A stretch of 62,427 bases of DNA, filler included, from Asterionella formosa (GCA_002256025.1; 16 parts of 16 records of this genome joined end to end with filler, not necessarily neighbours in it); one strand, 5' to 3'. Positions 47,071 to 60,009 are shown, counted from the whole stretch's first letter. The notes: generated from the letters alone by a model not told the origin. Translations and numbers: made by a program.

Positions 47071-49440
47071 ATATATACATAAACAATATCATCACTGAAT
47101 GTATATATACTCTATAATACGATCAACATATGCGTGTCAGAAAATACAATGAAGATGTATACAAACAATGTGGAATGAAAATGTCCCAACTGCAAGAATC
47201 CTTCTGGAAACAGAAGGAAAAGCGACGGAACAATGGTGCAGCCTACAAAGCACAATTCAGTCGGAAAAGGAGGAAACGAAACGAAAGCATACATGCTTCA
47301 CGATTTGAAGCTGTCAAACAAGAAAGGCACAACAATAGAACTGGAAAGACTTACAGCTCTGGGCTGGCCTATTAGAAGACCAAGATCAGGAGGCCACTAC
47401 AAAGAATGCAAATGCGCAATGCAAACATTGCGGCCGGAATGATCATCAGAGAAAAAGCAGCGAACCCTGTCCATTCTTTCAAGTCAAAGCGAATCATAGT
47501 TCCGGTACTACTACTGGTTCGCGTATGGTAGCGGATACAGTACTACCAGCCAACATCCCAAAAAATACCGGTAGTACATGTGCATCCAGTGTGGCTGGCA
47601 TAAGTTTGCAACGCCCTGCAGATCAGGCAAATCAAATGGACATAAGTAATTCATGTTGACCAATCATATTGTATATGATGAAGCAGGCACTTACAATGGA
47701 ATTTGTTGGACAGGAGATTTTACATCTAAGCCGCGTATTACGTGAAGTGACCATCACGTAAATAAGCCTAGTTGATTTTGAATGGATCACATGAATTAGT
47801 TGAATACATCAAAATGCTTACTTGAATATATCTATATATTATCTGAATACATCACGTTCATTATTTGATCAGAGTATCATGCATGCATTCCTGATCATCA
47901 CTATATTACGTGATCANNNNNNNNNNNNNNNNNNNNNNNNNNNNNNNNNNNNNNNNNNNNTTAATTAATTAANNNNNNNNNNNNNNNNNNNNNNNNNNNN
48001 NNNNNNNNNNNNNNNNTGAAGAAAGCTTCAAGGGGGTTAGAAACATCTGAAGACTTCTCAAAGCTGTTTGTGTAGGGCTTGGGAAACATGTCAGCCCAGA
48101 CAGAAGCTGCTTGTAGTAGGAGCAAGGCGGAAACAAACTTGATACATTGATCATATTTTTGATCGAAAAACTATCATTTCTGTGAAAATCCTTGATCATA
48201 TTTTCATGATATTTTTTATTTACAGACAACTTCACCAACGCCACCGAACATTCGCAATTGTGCTGATGCTACTTTGCAACCAGCACCACAAATCACAGTT
48301 GATCCAGCACCCACTCCCTCCAAAACAATTTATCCATCGGTCACTCTTACGCCAGGAACCAATTTTATATTTCATAGCTTTTATTTTGAAGGCAACAACG
48401 AAGTTTATGTTGACAACTGTTGATGAACATTTGCTAAAAAAATGTCACGAGAATTTTCTTATAACCCATTTTCTTTTTCACTTTTTATTCTCGTCCCCTC
48501 CTCATCATTTCTGCTCCTCACCTCTCGATTGTTTCCATCATTTCATACTTCGATTGATTAAAACACCATGTTGACACTGCTTACTAACATGCTTGTGTGA
48601 TCATTTTCAATTATTTTGACACATTTTTGGTATTCAATGCCCTTTTGAGTGTGGTATCGAAATTTAATGGCCTGTTGCAAAATTCAGCAAACTCGGCCGA
48701 CTTTTGAACATTCATTCGAAAATTATACTCCTGACGCTTTTGCGATGATATCTGCTCAAAGCTAAAATGGCCATCCAAAAATTCCGCTGTGCTCCTATAT
48801 CGAAGGAACCTAGTCAATAATTAGCTACTTTTGGCTTGAATGAGTACCCAAGGTATCCCTTATTGCCAAAAAATTATTTAGCTGAATTAACAAGGTTCTT
48901 TTGTATACTAATAGAGATTAAATGCTATACAGTCCTTGAAGTAACGTACCATTATATTTGTTGACCTATTCCAATCCATTGCCACAATTTGTTTCAATTG
49001 ATGATATTTGAATTTATTTTGCTTCGAACAAAGTGATGATCAATTGCCATTTTGGAATTGTACTAACAAGCCTACTGTCTATGTGCCTGTCAATTGCAAT
49101 GTGACCATATTTGTACACTCTTGTTGTGTTTGTAAATCGACTTCTTGGCCACTGTCAACAGCAGGTGATGCCATCATATATTGCCAAGCTTGTTGTTGTG
49201 CGAATTTACGAATGTCTTCAACTGTGATAACTTCCACTCCTAACATAGTGAAATCCAAATGTGTCCGGAATTGTTGGAAAAATTAGTCTGTGTTTTCCCT
49301 GTTTCAAGAATACATCCAAATGGCCCAAGATAGCCGTTGGATAATTGGGCTAATTATAGATAGCTAATGATATGGGCTACTTGTTGTTTCAACTAATACC
49401 ATAATCGACCATATCGTACATCTAAGCCGCGAAATACGCC

Positions 49441-49815
49441 ACTTTTCGAAATTTCGTCTACGTATGAGTGTTAATTATGTGGTACTTCACATGCATTAAT
49501 GCCACTCTTCACATAAAAAGATTACTTTTAACGGTTTCATGTGAAGTTTTAACTGCTTCATGTGAAGTTTTCACAATGAATTTTGAAAGCGAGACTGAAT
49601 TAGTTGATGTTTCAAATAATTCATTTGACTTTTCGAAATTTCGTCTACGTACGAGTGTTAATTATGTGGTACTTCACATGCATCAATGCCACTCTTCACG
49701 TAAAAAAGATTACTTTTAACGGTTTCATGTGAAGTTTTAACTGTTTCATGTGAAGTTTTCACAATGAATTTTGAATGCGAGACTGAATTAGTTGATGTTT
49801 CAAATAATTCATTTG
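49441..49815. repeat. Direct tandem duplication, 2 x ~187 bp
   Basis: 49441-49627 and 49628-49815 nearly identical; internal tttcatgtgaagtttt sub-repeats. Confidence 0.92.
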
Positions 49816-50692
49816 AAAGTTCAACTAAGATCCTGCTCTTGAGGCTAATACATTCACAACACGCATTTTACTTAATGAAATAGTAAGTATATTTGTGGTG
49901 TCCAATGTCATCCATCTGAGATCAAAGTTTTACGGTTGTACACATCACATGAAGAACTCACACTTACCGGTAAAAAAGCTCCCTCTTCCCNNNNNNNNNN
50001 NNNNNNNNNNNNNNNNNNNNNNNNNNNNNNNNNNTTAATTAATTAANNNNNNNNNNNNNNNNNNNNNNNNNNNNNNNNNNNNNNNNNNNNAGATGGGACC
50101 ACGCGTCGCCGTAGAGTGGATCGAAGGAATACTAGTGAAGACATGTTCGATCCGCTAGATAATGGGGACTGAAAAGCAGAAATTCAAGGAGCAGGCAGCG
50201 GGGACAATGAGATGAAATCTACCGTACGGTAGGGAGGTTATTATTATATTCAAAGCACGCGTCAGACTTCATTTTGAGTGGCAAGTCTGGATGTGTTAAA
50301 GTAACCAACCCTCTCACCTCTCGTTTATATTTATGATGTATTAGTATCGGTATATTATGTACATATGTATAGAGCTAAGAAAATAGGTGGTACTCCTGTA
50401 CCTACCGGTATGATATTCACTTTGTACCGGTATTGTTGGACAGAAAATTATACCCGTAGTGACAGCTAGTGCACTAGTAATCAACTACCGGTAGCACTGT
50501 GGCTGTACAAAGGTAGTAGTGATAATGAATGTTAGTAATTTCGCTGTAATCATCGTCTTGTTACAACCGAAACAAAACTCTCTTTCTCCTTCCCATTTTG
50601 TCTGGCTCATCCCTTCGTTTGAATTGATTTCATTACCACATAATCTATACAACATCTTCCCAAATTACCAAAATCATTCATTCCAATTTAAT

Positions 50693-51080
50693 CATGTCTT
50701 ACACAAGTGGAAAATTCGCAGCTCAAGCAAAGCAGGTTACAGCACATGATAAGACTGGTTGTCCGGAAAACACCATTCTTGCATAGTAAAGAAGAAAAAT
50801 GGCAGAATTCCTTGATTTTTCCTTGTTGCGCCTTTCCGTCCATGGTGGATGGCATCCCATCTACAACAGTGACAGAATAAAAGTTCTTTGGCTTTCTATG
50901 GTACTATCAATCAAGATGTCATCAGCAACCCAGAGGATGACCAGGTCCATGTAAACATGTGGAAGAAATTTTTTCAGAGGATGATTACAAATCTGCAATT
51001 TCTAACACTGATTTGATTTCAGACAAGCCAATTGGATATAGTGTACTCAATCAATATCAATCAGTCACCCTAAAAAGGTC
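50693..51080 (+). mobile_element. Possible degenerate Crypton-like (Ndc10/tyrosine recombinase) N-terminal remnant
   Basis: Broken frames read PENTILA**RRKMAEFLDF, TTVTE*KFFGFLWY and PIGYSVLNQY, resembling Crypton N-terminal motifs. Confidence 0.35.
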
Positions 51081-52164
51081 ACCCGTTCTAAGGAAATAGA
51101 ACCTATGCTCAAGTAACCAGTAGTAACTCATGATTAATATATAAGAAGTCTCAAAGTCAGCATTGAACCTCACATAAAGAAACTTGTGGTTTATAATCCC
51201 TGATGTCTTGCATACGGGTGCTCAAGCTAGATGACTAGAAAGGTTCAAAAAAATCATTGATACAGGGCTCACATCATACCTTTTCCAAGCCCAGCTCAAC
51301 CAAGCAATCGAATATAGAATAAATAATCTTTAGCTCAATTGTTTTAATCCTTTTGCTTTGTTTGTTAACTCATAGCTTGTTTAGGACTGATCACCTAGAT
51401 AGTATGGGGCAGATATTTTCATTTTGGGTTGCTGTTGGCATTTGTTGCAGCAAAAGCAACTTTAGAAACACTGCCTCTGACCATTTTATGTGCCATCATT
51501 CATGAAATATAATCCCAGGAGCATTCATTTCAACTAGTTTTTGTTGATGAGTACTCCTCATAGATTCTGGTCTGGTAACCGGGGTACTTGCAAGTTGCAG
51601 TAATTGTGCTGAAACAAAGAATTGAGCTTTCATTATCCCATTTTAAATTGTTTGTTTAAGCAAAATGACCGCAACTTGCTGGGACTCCTACCAGGTTGGA
51701 TACCAGGCAGACTCCCAGTACCATTTTGTCAATTCGTCGTCCAAGAAAATACTAGTAGTAAGTACAGTTTACCTGCTGTGGAAGGAGCGGTAAAACAAGT
51801 TTGGTAGGAGTATTTATTATGAAAAGAGTAAGCTGAAAATCTCGATTACTGGTTATCATGGTGTTTTACCTACTAACAATCAACCAAAGTAAGTGGTGGC
51901 AGGTAGAAAGCAAGAAGAAACAAAGCGAAGGAGAACAACAACTACGCACAGCCACAAGAACACCCTGCAACGTCTGTCCATCGTAATATTCTAACTTTGA
52001 AGAAGTTGGTATGACAAAAGACAACCATGCGTAGCTGTGGTACCTGGTCTGGTAGTATTATAAANNNNNNNNNNNNNNNNNNNNNNNNNNNNNNNNNNNN
52101 NNNNNNNNTTAATTAATTAANNNNNNNNNNNNNNNNNNNNNNNNNNNNNNNNNNNNNNNNNNNN

Positions 52165-53600
52165 ATGCTGACGTCGACGAAGACATTTATATTGAGCCCC
52201 CAGAAGGATTGACAGGGATCGATCAGAATATACATATCTGCAAATTAATTAAGGCTATGTATGGAATTGTACAAGCTCCAAGATGCTGGTCCAAGACATT
52301 TGCGAAATGCATCACCAGCAAGAAAGGTATAACGAAAAGCGAAATAGATCCAATGTTGTTTATCTACCGTAACAACGATGGACAAATTGAAGGGCTGTTG
52401 GCAAACTATGTGGATGATGGAATTATTTGTGGTACCAGGAATGCAGTGGACTACATGAAAAATATGATCAAGGAGGATTTTAATATCACGGAACAAGGTC
52501 CCCTACGAAAACACTTAGGTGTGGAATATATGCGCAAGCATGACAAATTTGGAGAATACTGGGAAGTACAGCTGAAGAAATTTCGTACTGAAATGCTACT
52601 GGAATATGAAATGCTTACTGGGAAGAAGATAAAGTCTTATGCGACACCAGGAGCACCAGGAAAAACATTAGGAGCCAATAATGGAGAAACTATTATGGAG
52701 GCGGAATATCGCAAGATTGTTGGGAAATTATTATGGTCTACTAAGAAAGATTCCCCGGACTGTGCCAATGCAGTACGTGAATTATCTTCGTATTTAAGCT
52801 GTCCAGGCGAAGAACACTGGGATGGAATTTCACGAGTTGTTGGATTCTTATCAAGCAAATTGGACAGAGTTCTCAAGATTCGAAAACCTAAGGAATTACG
52901 GGTTATTGCTTATGTTGATAGTGACTGGGCTGCTAATAAGGTAAGCCGGAAAAGTACTACGGGTTTTCTGGTTACCATTGGTGGTGCGTTGATCAGTTGG
53001 CAATCAAAGGGCCAGTCATCCGTTACGCTATCAAGCACAGAAGCAGAATACGTTGCAATGTCGCAATGTGCTCAAGAGATCAAATTTATTGCAATGTTAC
53101 TCAACGAAGTGACAGGTGGTAAAAGTATCCTACCAAGCATTTTACGTGAAGATAATACAGGTGCAATATTCACAGCGAAGAATCAACAACTTGGAACAAG
53201 AACAAAACACATTGATATTAAGTTTCATCATGTCAAGAACATGATAGATGAGGGTGAGTTGCATATTGTTTTTCTAAGATCAGAAAACAATCCAGCAGAC
53301 ATTTTGACGAAGAATGTCAAAGAGCAGATTTTTACAAGGTTATCTGGACCTGTGCTGAGTGGTACAATTTTAGAACTTCTTGAACATGGTAACGAGGAGG
53401 ATGTCAAGAATATAGCATCAATGGCTATAATGAGTCACAAGGACTGTGGACTCGACTATAGTCCAATGAGTCAAATGGTGCGTTCCCATGTCAAGAAGCT
53501 TGCTAACGAGATTGATGTCTTAGATCAATCAGAAGAAGGTTTACATCAACGAAAAGGGAACACGAAGAACAGGTTCTCGAAGTGTGATGAATGGGATTGA
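52165..53600 (+). mobile_element. Ty1/copia RT-RNase H 3' fragment
   Basis: LIKAMYGIVQAPRCW, NYVDDG, AYVDSDWA, TLSSTEAEY, REDNTGA, RTKHIDIKFH, NPADILTK. Confidence 0.93.
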
Positions 53601-53780
53601 AACTTAGTTTTAGTTTAATCTTATAATTAAGAAACAGTAAGAATTGACAGAGTAAGGTCAATAGCGAAAACTAGCACGAAGGCTAGCAGCAGAAAGAAGA
53701 TAACAATACTAGTGGTATAGCAGGTAAGTTTTACGTAAGAGGAACCCGTCAGACGGGAAGGAGTACGAGACCATTCAACA
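53402..53780 (+). repeat. Putative 3' LTR preceded by polypurine tract
   Basis: GAGGAGGA (53394-53401) directly before TGTCAA; candidate end TTCAACA at 53780; the pol ORF reads into it. Confidence 0.55.
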
Positions 53781-54455
53781 ACATGCATCATGGATTGTTA
53801 GTTAGTATTGCGGTACTTCTTCTACCTGGTCTACGATTTACCCTACCAGTACCGGTAGAATCAGCTCCTACTACACCGGTACCTCCGCAACCTGCTGCAT
53901 AGGAAGAAATTAGCAATGTTTTCCTTGTTGTAAGAACCGTCTTATTACGCAACTTCCATTGTGGTACCTGGTACTATGTAGAAGTGCAAGCTACCTGGTA
54001 CGCACTGTCTCGTCTGATCATTGTTTCTCAAGATTGATGTCCACCATGATCAACAGTTCGGCAACACGAGCATCCACCAACATTCTCGATCGTCCCTTGG
54101 GAAGCGCTCGTGGTGCAAGGTAAATTACATCATACGTGNNNNNNNNNNNNNNNNNNNNNNNNNNNNNNNNNNNNNNNNNNNNTTAATTAATTAANNNNNN
54201 NNNNNNNNNNNNNNNNNNNNNNNNNNNNNNNNNNNNNNTACCGTAAAACCTGGTGTCTCGTATCCCCCCAGATACCTGTACCCCCCTTTGTACATCTGGC
54301 GCAACACTCCCAAATATTTCCTGTGTACAGAAAAAATAACACAACATAAACGTATTCTATTTATTAGTATGTATTTTCGTATATTACCGGTACCCTACTG
54401 TTTCCGGTAAAGTATCATCACCTGTAAAATATCGTCACATATACCGGTTGGCAAC

Positions 54456-54849
54456 ATGATGATTGCGGACGACATTCGTGATGGCGAAATCCTTGGCCTC
54501 AGAGGTACCACCAATGGAAGAAGCTGTGAGCAGCATGCCTGCTGTGGGGCAATTGTGAGGCCGAATGATTGTGTTCGGTTCAAGGCAGCAGTGGTCCCGA
54601 TTGATGGAGTTGATGAGGCAGGTATCAAGGCTGTTCTGATCCTTGATGGGACGGGAACTGTGCACGGTTGGTTTCCTTGGCAAGAATATTGCAGCTTTGA
54701 AGAAAACAAGTGACAAGTTTGTCAACAAGTTTGCTCAAGTTATTGAACTCTATGACTCTAGTGAAAATGCTGCCAAAAGGGCAAAAAGCCACAATAACCT
54801 TGGAGTTTGTTCATTCCGGCTTCTTGAGGACATCCAGATTCAGGAATAG
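54456..54849 (+). pseudogene. Transposon-borne accessory ORF (~130 aa), split by a +1 G frameshift at 54653-54655
   Basis: Removing one G joins ORFs 54456-54713 and 54643-54849: GLRGTTNGRSCEQHACCG...ILDGTELCTVGFL...FAQVIELY...KSHNNLG. Confidence 0.65.
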
Positions 54850-55088
54850 ATGTTATGAAAACTGGACAAGCCTTTGAATACTTCAACCAATCTACACTAG
54901 AATGTTAATAATAGTATTAGAAATTAGCATTTTCAGCATTAGAATCACTCCGTTTTGGGTTTTTTGTAGTCATCAGCTTAATTTATTTGCCTATTAGGAA
55001 ATGCCATCCTGAATCTAATTGACGATAATGATTGTTTCACTAAAACTGAATGTTAAAATAGATTATCAAATAATCCAATCCTTATTGA

Positions 55089-56211
55089 CTAGTCAACATC
55101 AGCAAAGCCCTCATATCCAATGCTCTTCCAGGTATTGGTGATTGTTTGAATTGAGACTCTAGCCCATGCCATCTCTACCCATTGTGCAATGTGGTGCCTT
55201 TGCACCTTGGGATTATCCACATTGGCAACCATGTAGTCTTCCCAATATCCTAGTCTTCCCAATATCCTCTCATGTAGTCCTTGAAGGGCTTATTAACTCC
55301 TACATCCAACACTTGAAGTCTAGATGTGTAGCCTGGGAGGACGAAATCAATCTCAGTGCCGCAATTTTTAATTGCATCAACACAACGTCCTACCTTGTGG
55401 ACAGTAAAATCATCCATAAGAAGGTGAGTAGGCTCACCGCCTTTTCCCAACGCAAATGGTTGCCAAACTTTTTCGATCCATTGTAAAAATATGTCTGTAT
55501 CAACCCAAGCTTTGGGTTGACAAGCGTATTTAATACTGACCGGAAAAAGTTGTTGATTGTTGTCTAGTAATCCCAATTGCCTGGCAATACGTCCATCCCT
55601 TGTTCCTGTAAATACAATGAATGGTGGCAACTTCTCACCACACATTGTCACCCCTAACAACACAGTGCAACGATTCGAATTTCCTGTTGTTCGAAGCCCA
55701 ATGGTCCTTTCGCCTCGGGTTGCCAAAGTCTTTGATCCAAACATGTCAAAATTGATGTTTGTCTCATCAATATTGACAATGTTTCCAGCAGGAAATTCGA
55801 ACGCAGCAATTTGATTGTTGACGTAGGAAACAAAATCTTGAATTGTCTCCTGATCCAGCCTTGTATTTTGGGCAACACGAGTCACACGCCTAATGACAAT
55901 GTCCTCACGGGCAAGCCAGCGCTTGATCCGTTTTTCAAGTGCCTTCAGCGACACATTTTCGTTCCCAGGTTGCCTCTTAAGCTCAACACTGAGCATCCTG
56001 GTGGTGCAGGCCCTATCTTGAAGCCGCAACTGGTCAAAAAGAGTCTTCAATCCTTCGAAATCAGCAGCACTTTTTGGAGAGCGGCCCGGGTGAGCGATTT
56101 TTTTCATCAACACCTGCCTCTGAATCACACCTTCTTCCTGCAGAGGAATCTCCGCCACCTCCGCCGGAACCACAACCATTGCACCATCCAGCATGGACTT
56201 CCAGCTCCGGA
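55089..56211 (-). pseudogene. pogo-family transposase truncated by a 17-bp tandem duplication
   Basis: NIDET, EKLPPFIVF, LLMDDFTVH, TSRLQVLDVGVNKPFK; duplicated tagtcttcccaatatcc (55234-55267) creates TAG; removing one copy restores ...QWVEMAWARVSIQTITNTWKSIG..* ending at 55089. Confidence 0.88.
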
Positions 56212-56311
56212 NNNNNNNNNNNNNNNNNNNNNNNNNNNNNNNNNNNNNNNNNNNNTTAATTAATTAANNNNNNNNNNNNNNNNNNNNNNNNNNNNNNNNN
56301 NNNNNNNNNNN

Positions 56312-56335
56312 GTGTCCGTGTCCGTGTCCGTGTCA
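56312..56335. repeat. (GTGTCC)n microsatellite at contig edge
   Basis: gtgtccgtgtccgtgtccgtgtc. Confidence 0.75.
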
Positions 56336-58665
56336 TCCTCATCAATAGAGAGACAAGTTCTTTCGTTGGAAAAATTGGTACCATATCATCATTTGCTCGT
56401 TCGAACCACTGTCCGATGCCTAAAACCTGATAAGCGTTTGAGTACCGGTACCCGGTATGTGCAGTGTCGACATTAGTACATTACAGGCGGAGTGAATTCG
56501 CTACTAAATTGCGTGATATAATAATATATCCTGTAGCATGATGCAGAATACAATTGCTTCCCAATCATCTCATCATGATTGATAAGATGATACTATGATA
56601 TCATGATATGGTTACATCAATACATACATCACCAAAGTATGATACGTAATATTGAATAAAGCTATGATACATTGATCCTAAAATTATGATGATTTTATGA
56701 AATATATATGATATAATTTTGATCAAAATATGATCATGTAAAAATAGTACAATGACAATAAAATACGATAAAATATGTACGCAAGTGTTACCAAGACATC
56801 ATAGAATATAAATCAAGCAATCATAAAGTATGTTAATTAATATATATGTTTGTCATTTAATGTATACAGTTAAAGTCAACAGTTAATATGATAGTATTAT
56901 ACAGTGGATAGGATCTAAGTATACGGATGCGTTGATATGTACATCATTATAAAATGATTTGTGATATGGATTGATGGAGGATATCACATACCGGTATCCT
57001 CAACAACCAGCCATCACGTTCATTGTCATGTCGTCTTTCCTTGTTTTAGCTATATATGTGCCAGCATGTGTATTGCGTAAACACTACGCTGGCGGATCAT
57101 GCATATTACACTGTGCTCTGTTCAACAATTACTACACTCGGTTACCATCACACCAGTTCCACCTCCACAGACGCCGCAATAAGCTCCGCGTTTCCCTTCC
57201 ACTGTTTTACATCATTGTCTTCTGGCCCTTCGACAACTTTCCAAATGGCATTTCATGGATTTCATGGAAAGGTTCAGTCGAACAAGAAACGAGACTTACT
57301 TCCATTGTTTACACTACACGACTTTATGTTTTCGGAAAAGAAGATGAAGAAACTTATGAAATCAATCGAAGATTCCTCTGAATACACTCAAAGATCAAAT
57401 GAATTTGAACAGATTCAGAATACTCCAGAGAAAATAATGAAGTAAGCCGATACAATAGTGGCTGAGATTGAAAAGAAGGAAAGATTGCTTTCGAAGAGCC
57501 AAGGAAACCCAAACAGTTGGTCTTCGTGGATGAAAACTCTATTTGTACAGAGTCACAGTTCCACCTTCCAGTGTCGTATTTTGCTCCTAATTCTCCCGAA
57601 ATTGCTGATAATGAAGAAGAAATCAGTGATTCTCATTAATTTGATGAACAGATTCATGCGATGAATGAAAGTATCGGCGGAAATGTGGCAGACAATTATT
57701 ATGTAACTACTAAGTATGCATTGGATTCTATTAGATCCATTCAAAATCAACATCGTCATCAATGTCCTGTTGATTAATGCGGTCATTATAAACAATATTC
57801 CTTTCAGGAACATTTGGTTGAAGTGATTCAACATATTGATGTATATCCTCTTCACTTACATTGGGAAATGAGAAGTATGAGTGTGGGTAGATGATATTTG
57901 CGGTGGGAGTAGCAATTCCACTAGGATTCCTTCCATATTCAGATCGATTCTTTTGTGAAAGTCCAGTGTAGATTTCCTTATTAAAAACGAGTAAATCATC
58001 AAACCATTGATCGGTGAGACCATTTGAAACTGAACTTTCTTCCCTCACACTTTTTTTAATAAGTGGTTTCCCACCGATGTCGACAAAATCGGTAGAATGA
58101 CGAATTTCGTTCTCTGAAATTTCATGGGTATCTGGATTGAAACCCAAATATTTTTGTTGTAATCAGAATTTTCCTTTCAGCACCAAGAAGCAAAATGCTT
58201 CTGTACTGGCATTGATCAGCGAACCAACAAAACGTGTTTGCAATTCACACTGTGCCTGAAGACTGAGTTGAAATTTGGTCACANNNNNNNNNNNNNNNNN
58301 NNNNNNNNNNNNNNNNNNNNNNNNNNNTTAATTAATTAANNNNNNNNNNNNNNNNNNNNNNNNNNNNNNNNNNNNNNNNNNNNCGAGAATCCATGCTTAA
58401 AATGAATTGACTGCAGTCGCAACTTCTTGAAATGGGTGTGTTCTACATGTAGTGCTTGCAACGACTCATGTGAAGTAAAGTTGTCCATATGCATGAAGGC
58501 ATGCTTGTCCGTGGTGATCGTAATGTATTTGATAGCGGTAAAGAATCCATTTTTGAATTCGTTGAGTTAACGGTACCAGGTACTACCTGGTACCGGCATT
58601 GAACTGACTACCGTTACCTGGTACAAAGGTTACCAGGTACCTGGTACCAGTACTAACAGATGTGA

Positions 58666-59515
58666 GGAAGGTGCAGTAATCGCGCCAACTGCGCGTTTTT
58701 TTTGGTTTAAGCCCGCCTGCAGGGCTTTGCAATTACGATCGACCGTTGGAGTCGGCTGGCTTCCTATCCATGTTCTTGCTTTTAAGTAAATTTAAATTAT
58801 AACCGTACTTAGGGATTTGGCGTTCCCTCCTTAATAAACCCTCCAATTTGCTTACTACATACACGAAATTTTTGCTCATCCCTCAGAGCATTTGCTCATT
58901 GCTCAGAGGAATTGCTCGTCGCTAAATAAATTTGCTCCGTGCCTCAAATTTTTGTAAAATTGATGAGTTAATCAACAGGTCAATGTGATTTTGACAAGGG
59001 CTTTTAGGCGCAAAATATTACCAGTAAATGCATACATAGGGTCAGATTTTTGCTAATACAAGGCCTACGGGGTCTACCTTGTGGCCCCTCATTCAAGCAA
59101 TTAACGGTGGTATGATTAAAATTGCTCAAAATGACAAAAATTTGCATATAATTTTCTACCGGTATGTAATTGTTGCTCTTATTCCGACAAATGGCTGAAG
59201 TTGAAATTGTTTCAGCCTAAAAAAAAATCGAGGTTTTATTTTTTGGCCATGACTTTTTGCTTTTGCTCTAACCTTATCGTTTTTGCCCTATCCCGAACTT
59301 ATTTGCTCAATTGCTAAAGTTTTTGCTCATTGTAAGTTGGCTCGGTTTAGCAGTATTCACCTTTTCGTAATTACGCTTATAATTTGAACTTACTTAAGAA
59401 AAAACAATTGGCTGGATAGTCAGCCGACTCCATCAGTCCTCCGTTGTAGTTTCGAAGCCCTGCAGACAGCCTGAAACCAAAGAAGCGCGAAGCAGGCGCA
59501 TTTACCAAACCTTCC
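58666..59515. mobile_element. ~850-bp non-autonomous element with long imperfect TIRs (MULE-like MITE)
   Basis: GGAAGG...CCTTCC ends; ~145-nt arms (58666-58810 / 59370-59515) share ctgcagggctt, ggagtcggctg and ttaagtaa..aaattata; many internal TTGCTC motifs; no TSD seen. Confidence 0.75.
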
Positions 59516-60009
59516 AGCAGTCCTACCAGGTACCCTGGTACCAGGTGAAGTATCTAACTAAAAGTAGTAGTATTTGTTGAATACATGAGCTTATTAGTTT
59601 GTCCTTGTGTGCAACTCGTTCTCTAGTATGTCGACACCAAAGTATACAATAAGGATTAGTCGAGTTCTTTAATTACTGAGTTCAGATATATATGAAATAA
59701 CACCAACCCTATATCCTTCTGTATTGATGCGCAAGATCGCTCACTCTTCCACACCAAGGGAAAACCTTTTACCTTTGAAAAGGATTGATGAAATGAATAT
59801 TAATTTGTTCCGTAGTATGCATGGTTTGTTGAAAAGTAACTATACCATTGGCATAAACTTGAATGTTTAGAACAAGGACCTCGTCCACAGTCATCCAAGG
59901 AAGTAGCTAGGACTATCCAATAAGATTGAAATCTCGTCACCAACTTTCTAATCACAAGAAAGACGATGGAAATTAGCACGACGTAGACATTTGTCAATCA
60001 TCATTTGTC

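Larger units (their letters stand above)
54239..56211 (-). mobile_element. pogo/Tigger-like DNA transposon (one end plus most of the interior)
   Basis: Contig begins TA-CCGTAAAACC (pogo-type terminus after a TA target); DDE_1-type transposase inside. Confidence 0.8.

Noticed and set aside
56971..58283. Short ORFs on both strands as genes
   Set aside because: Fragmented by stops and frameshifts with no family I can support; probably decayed repeat sequence.
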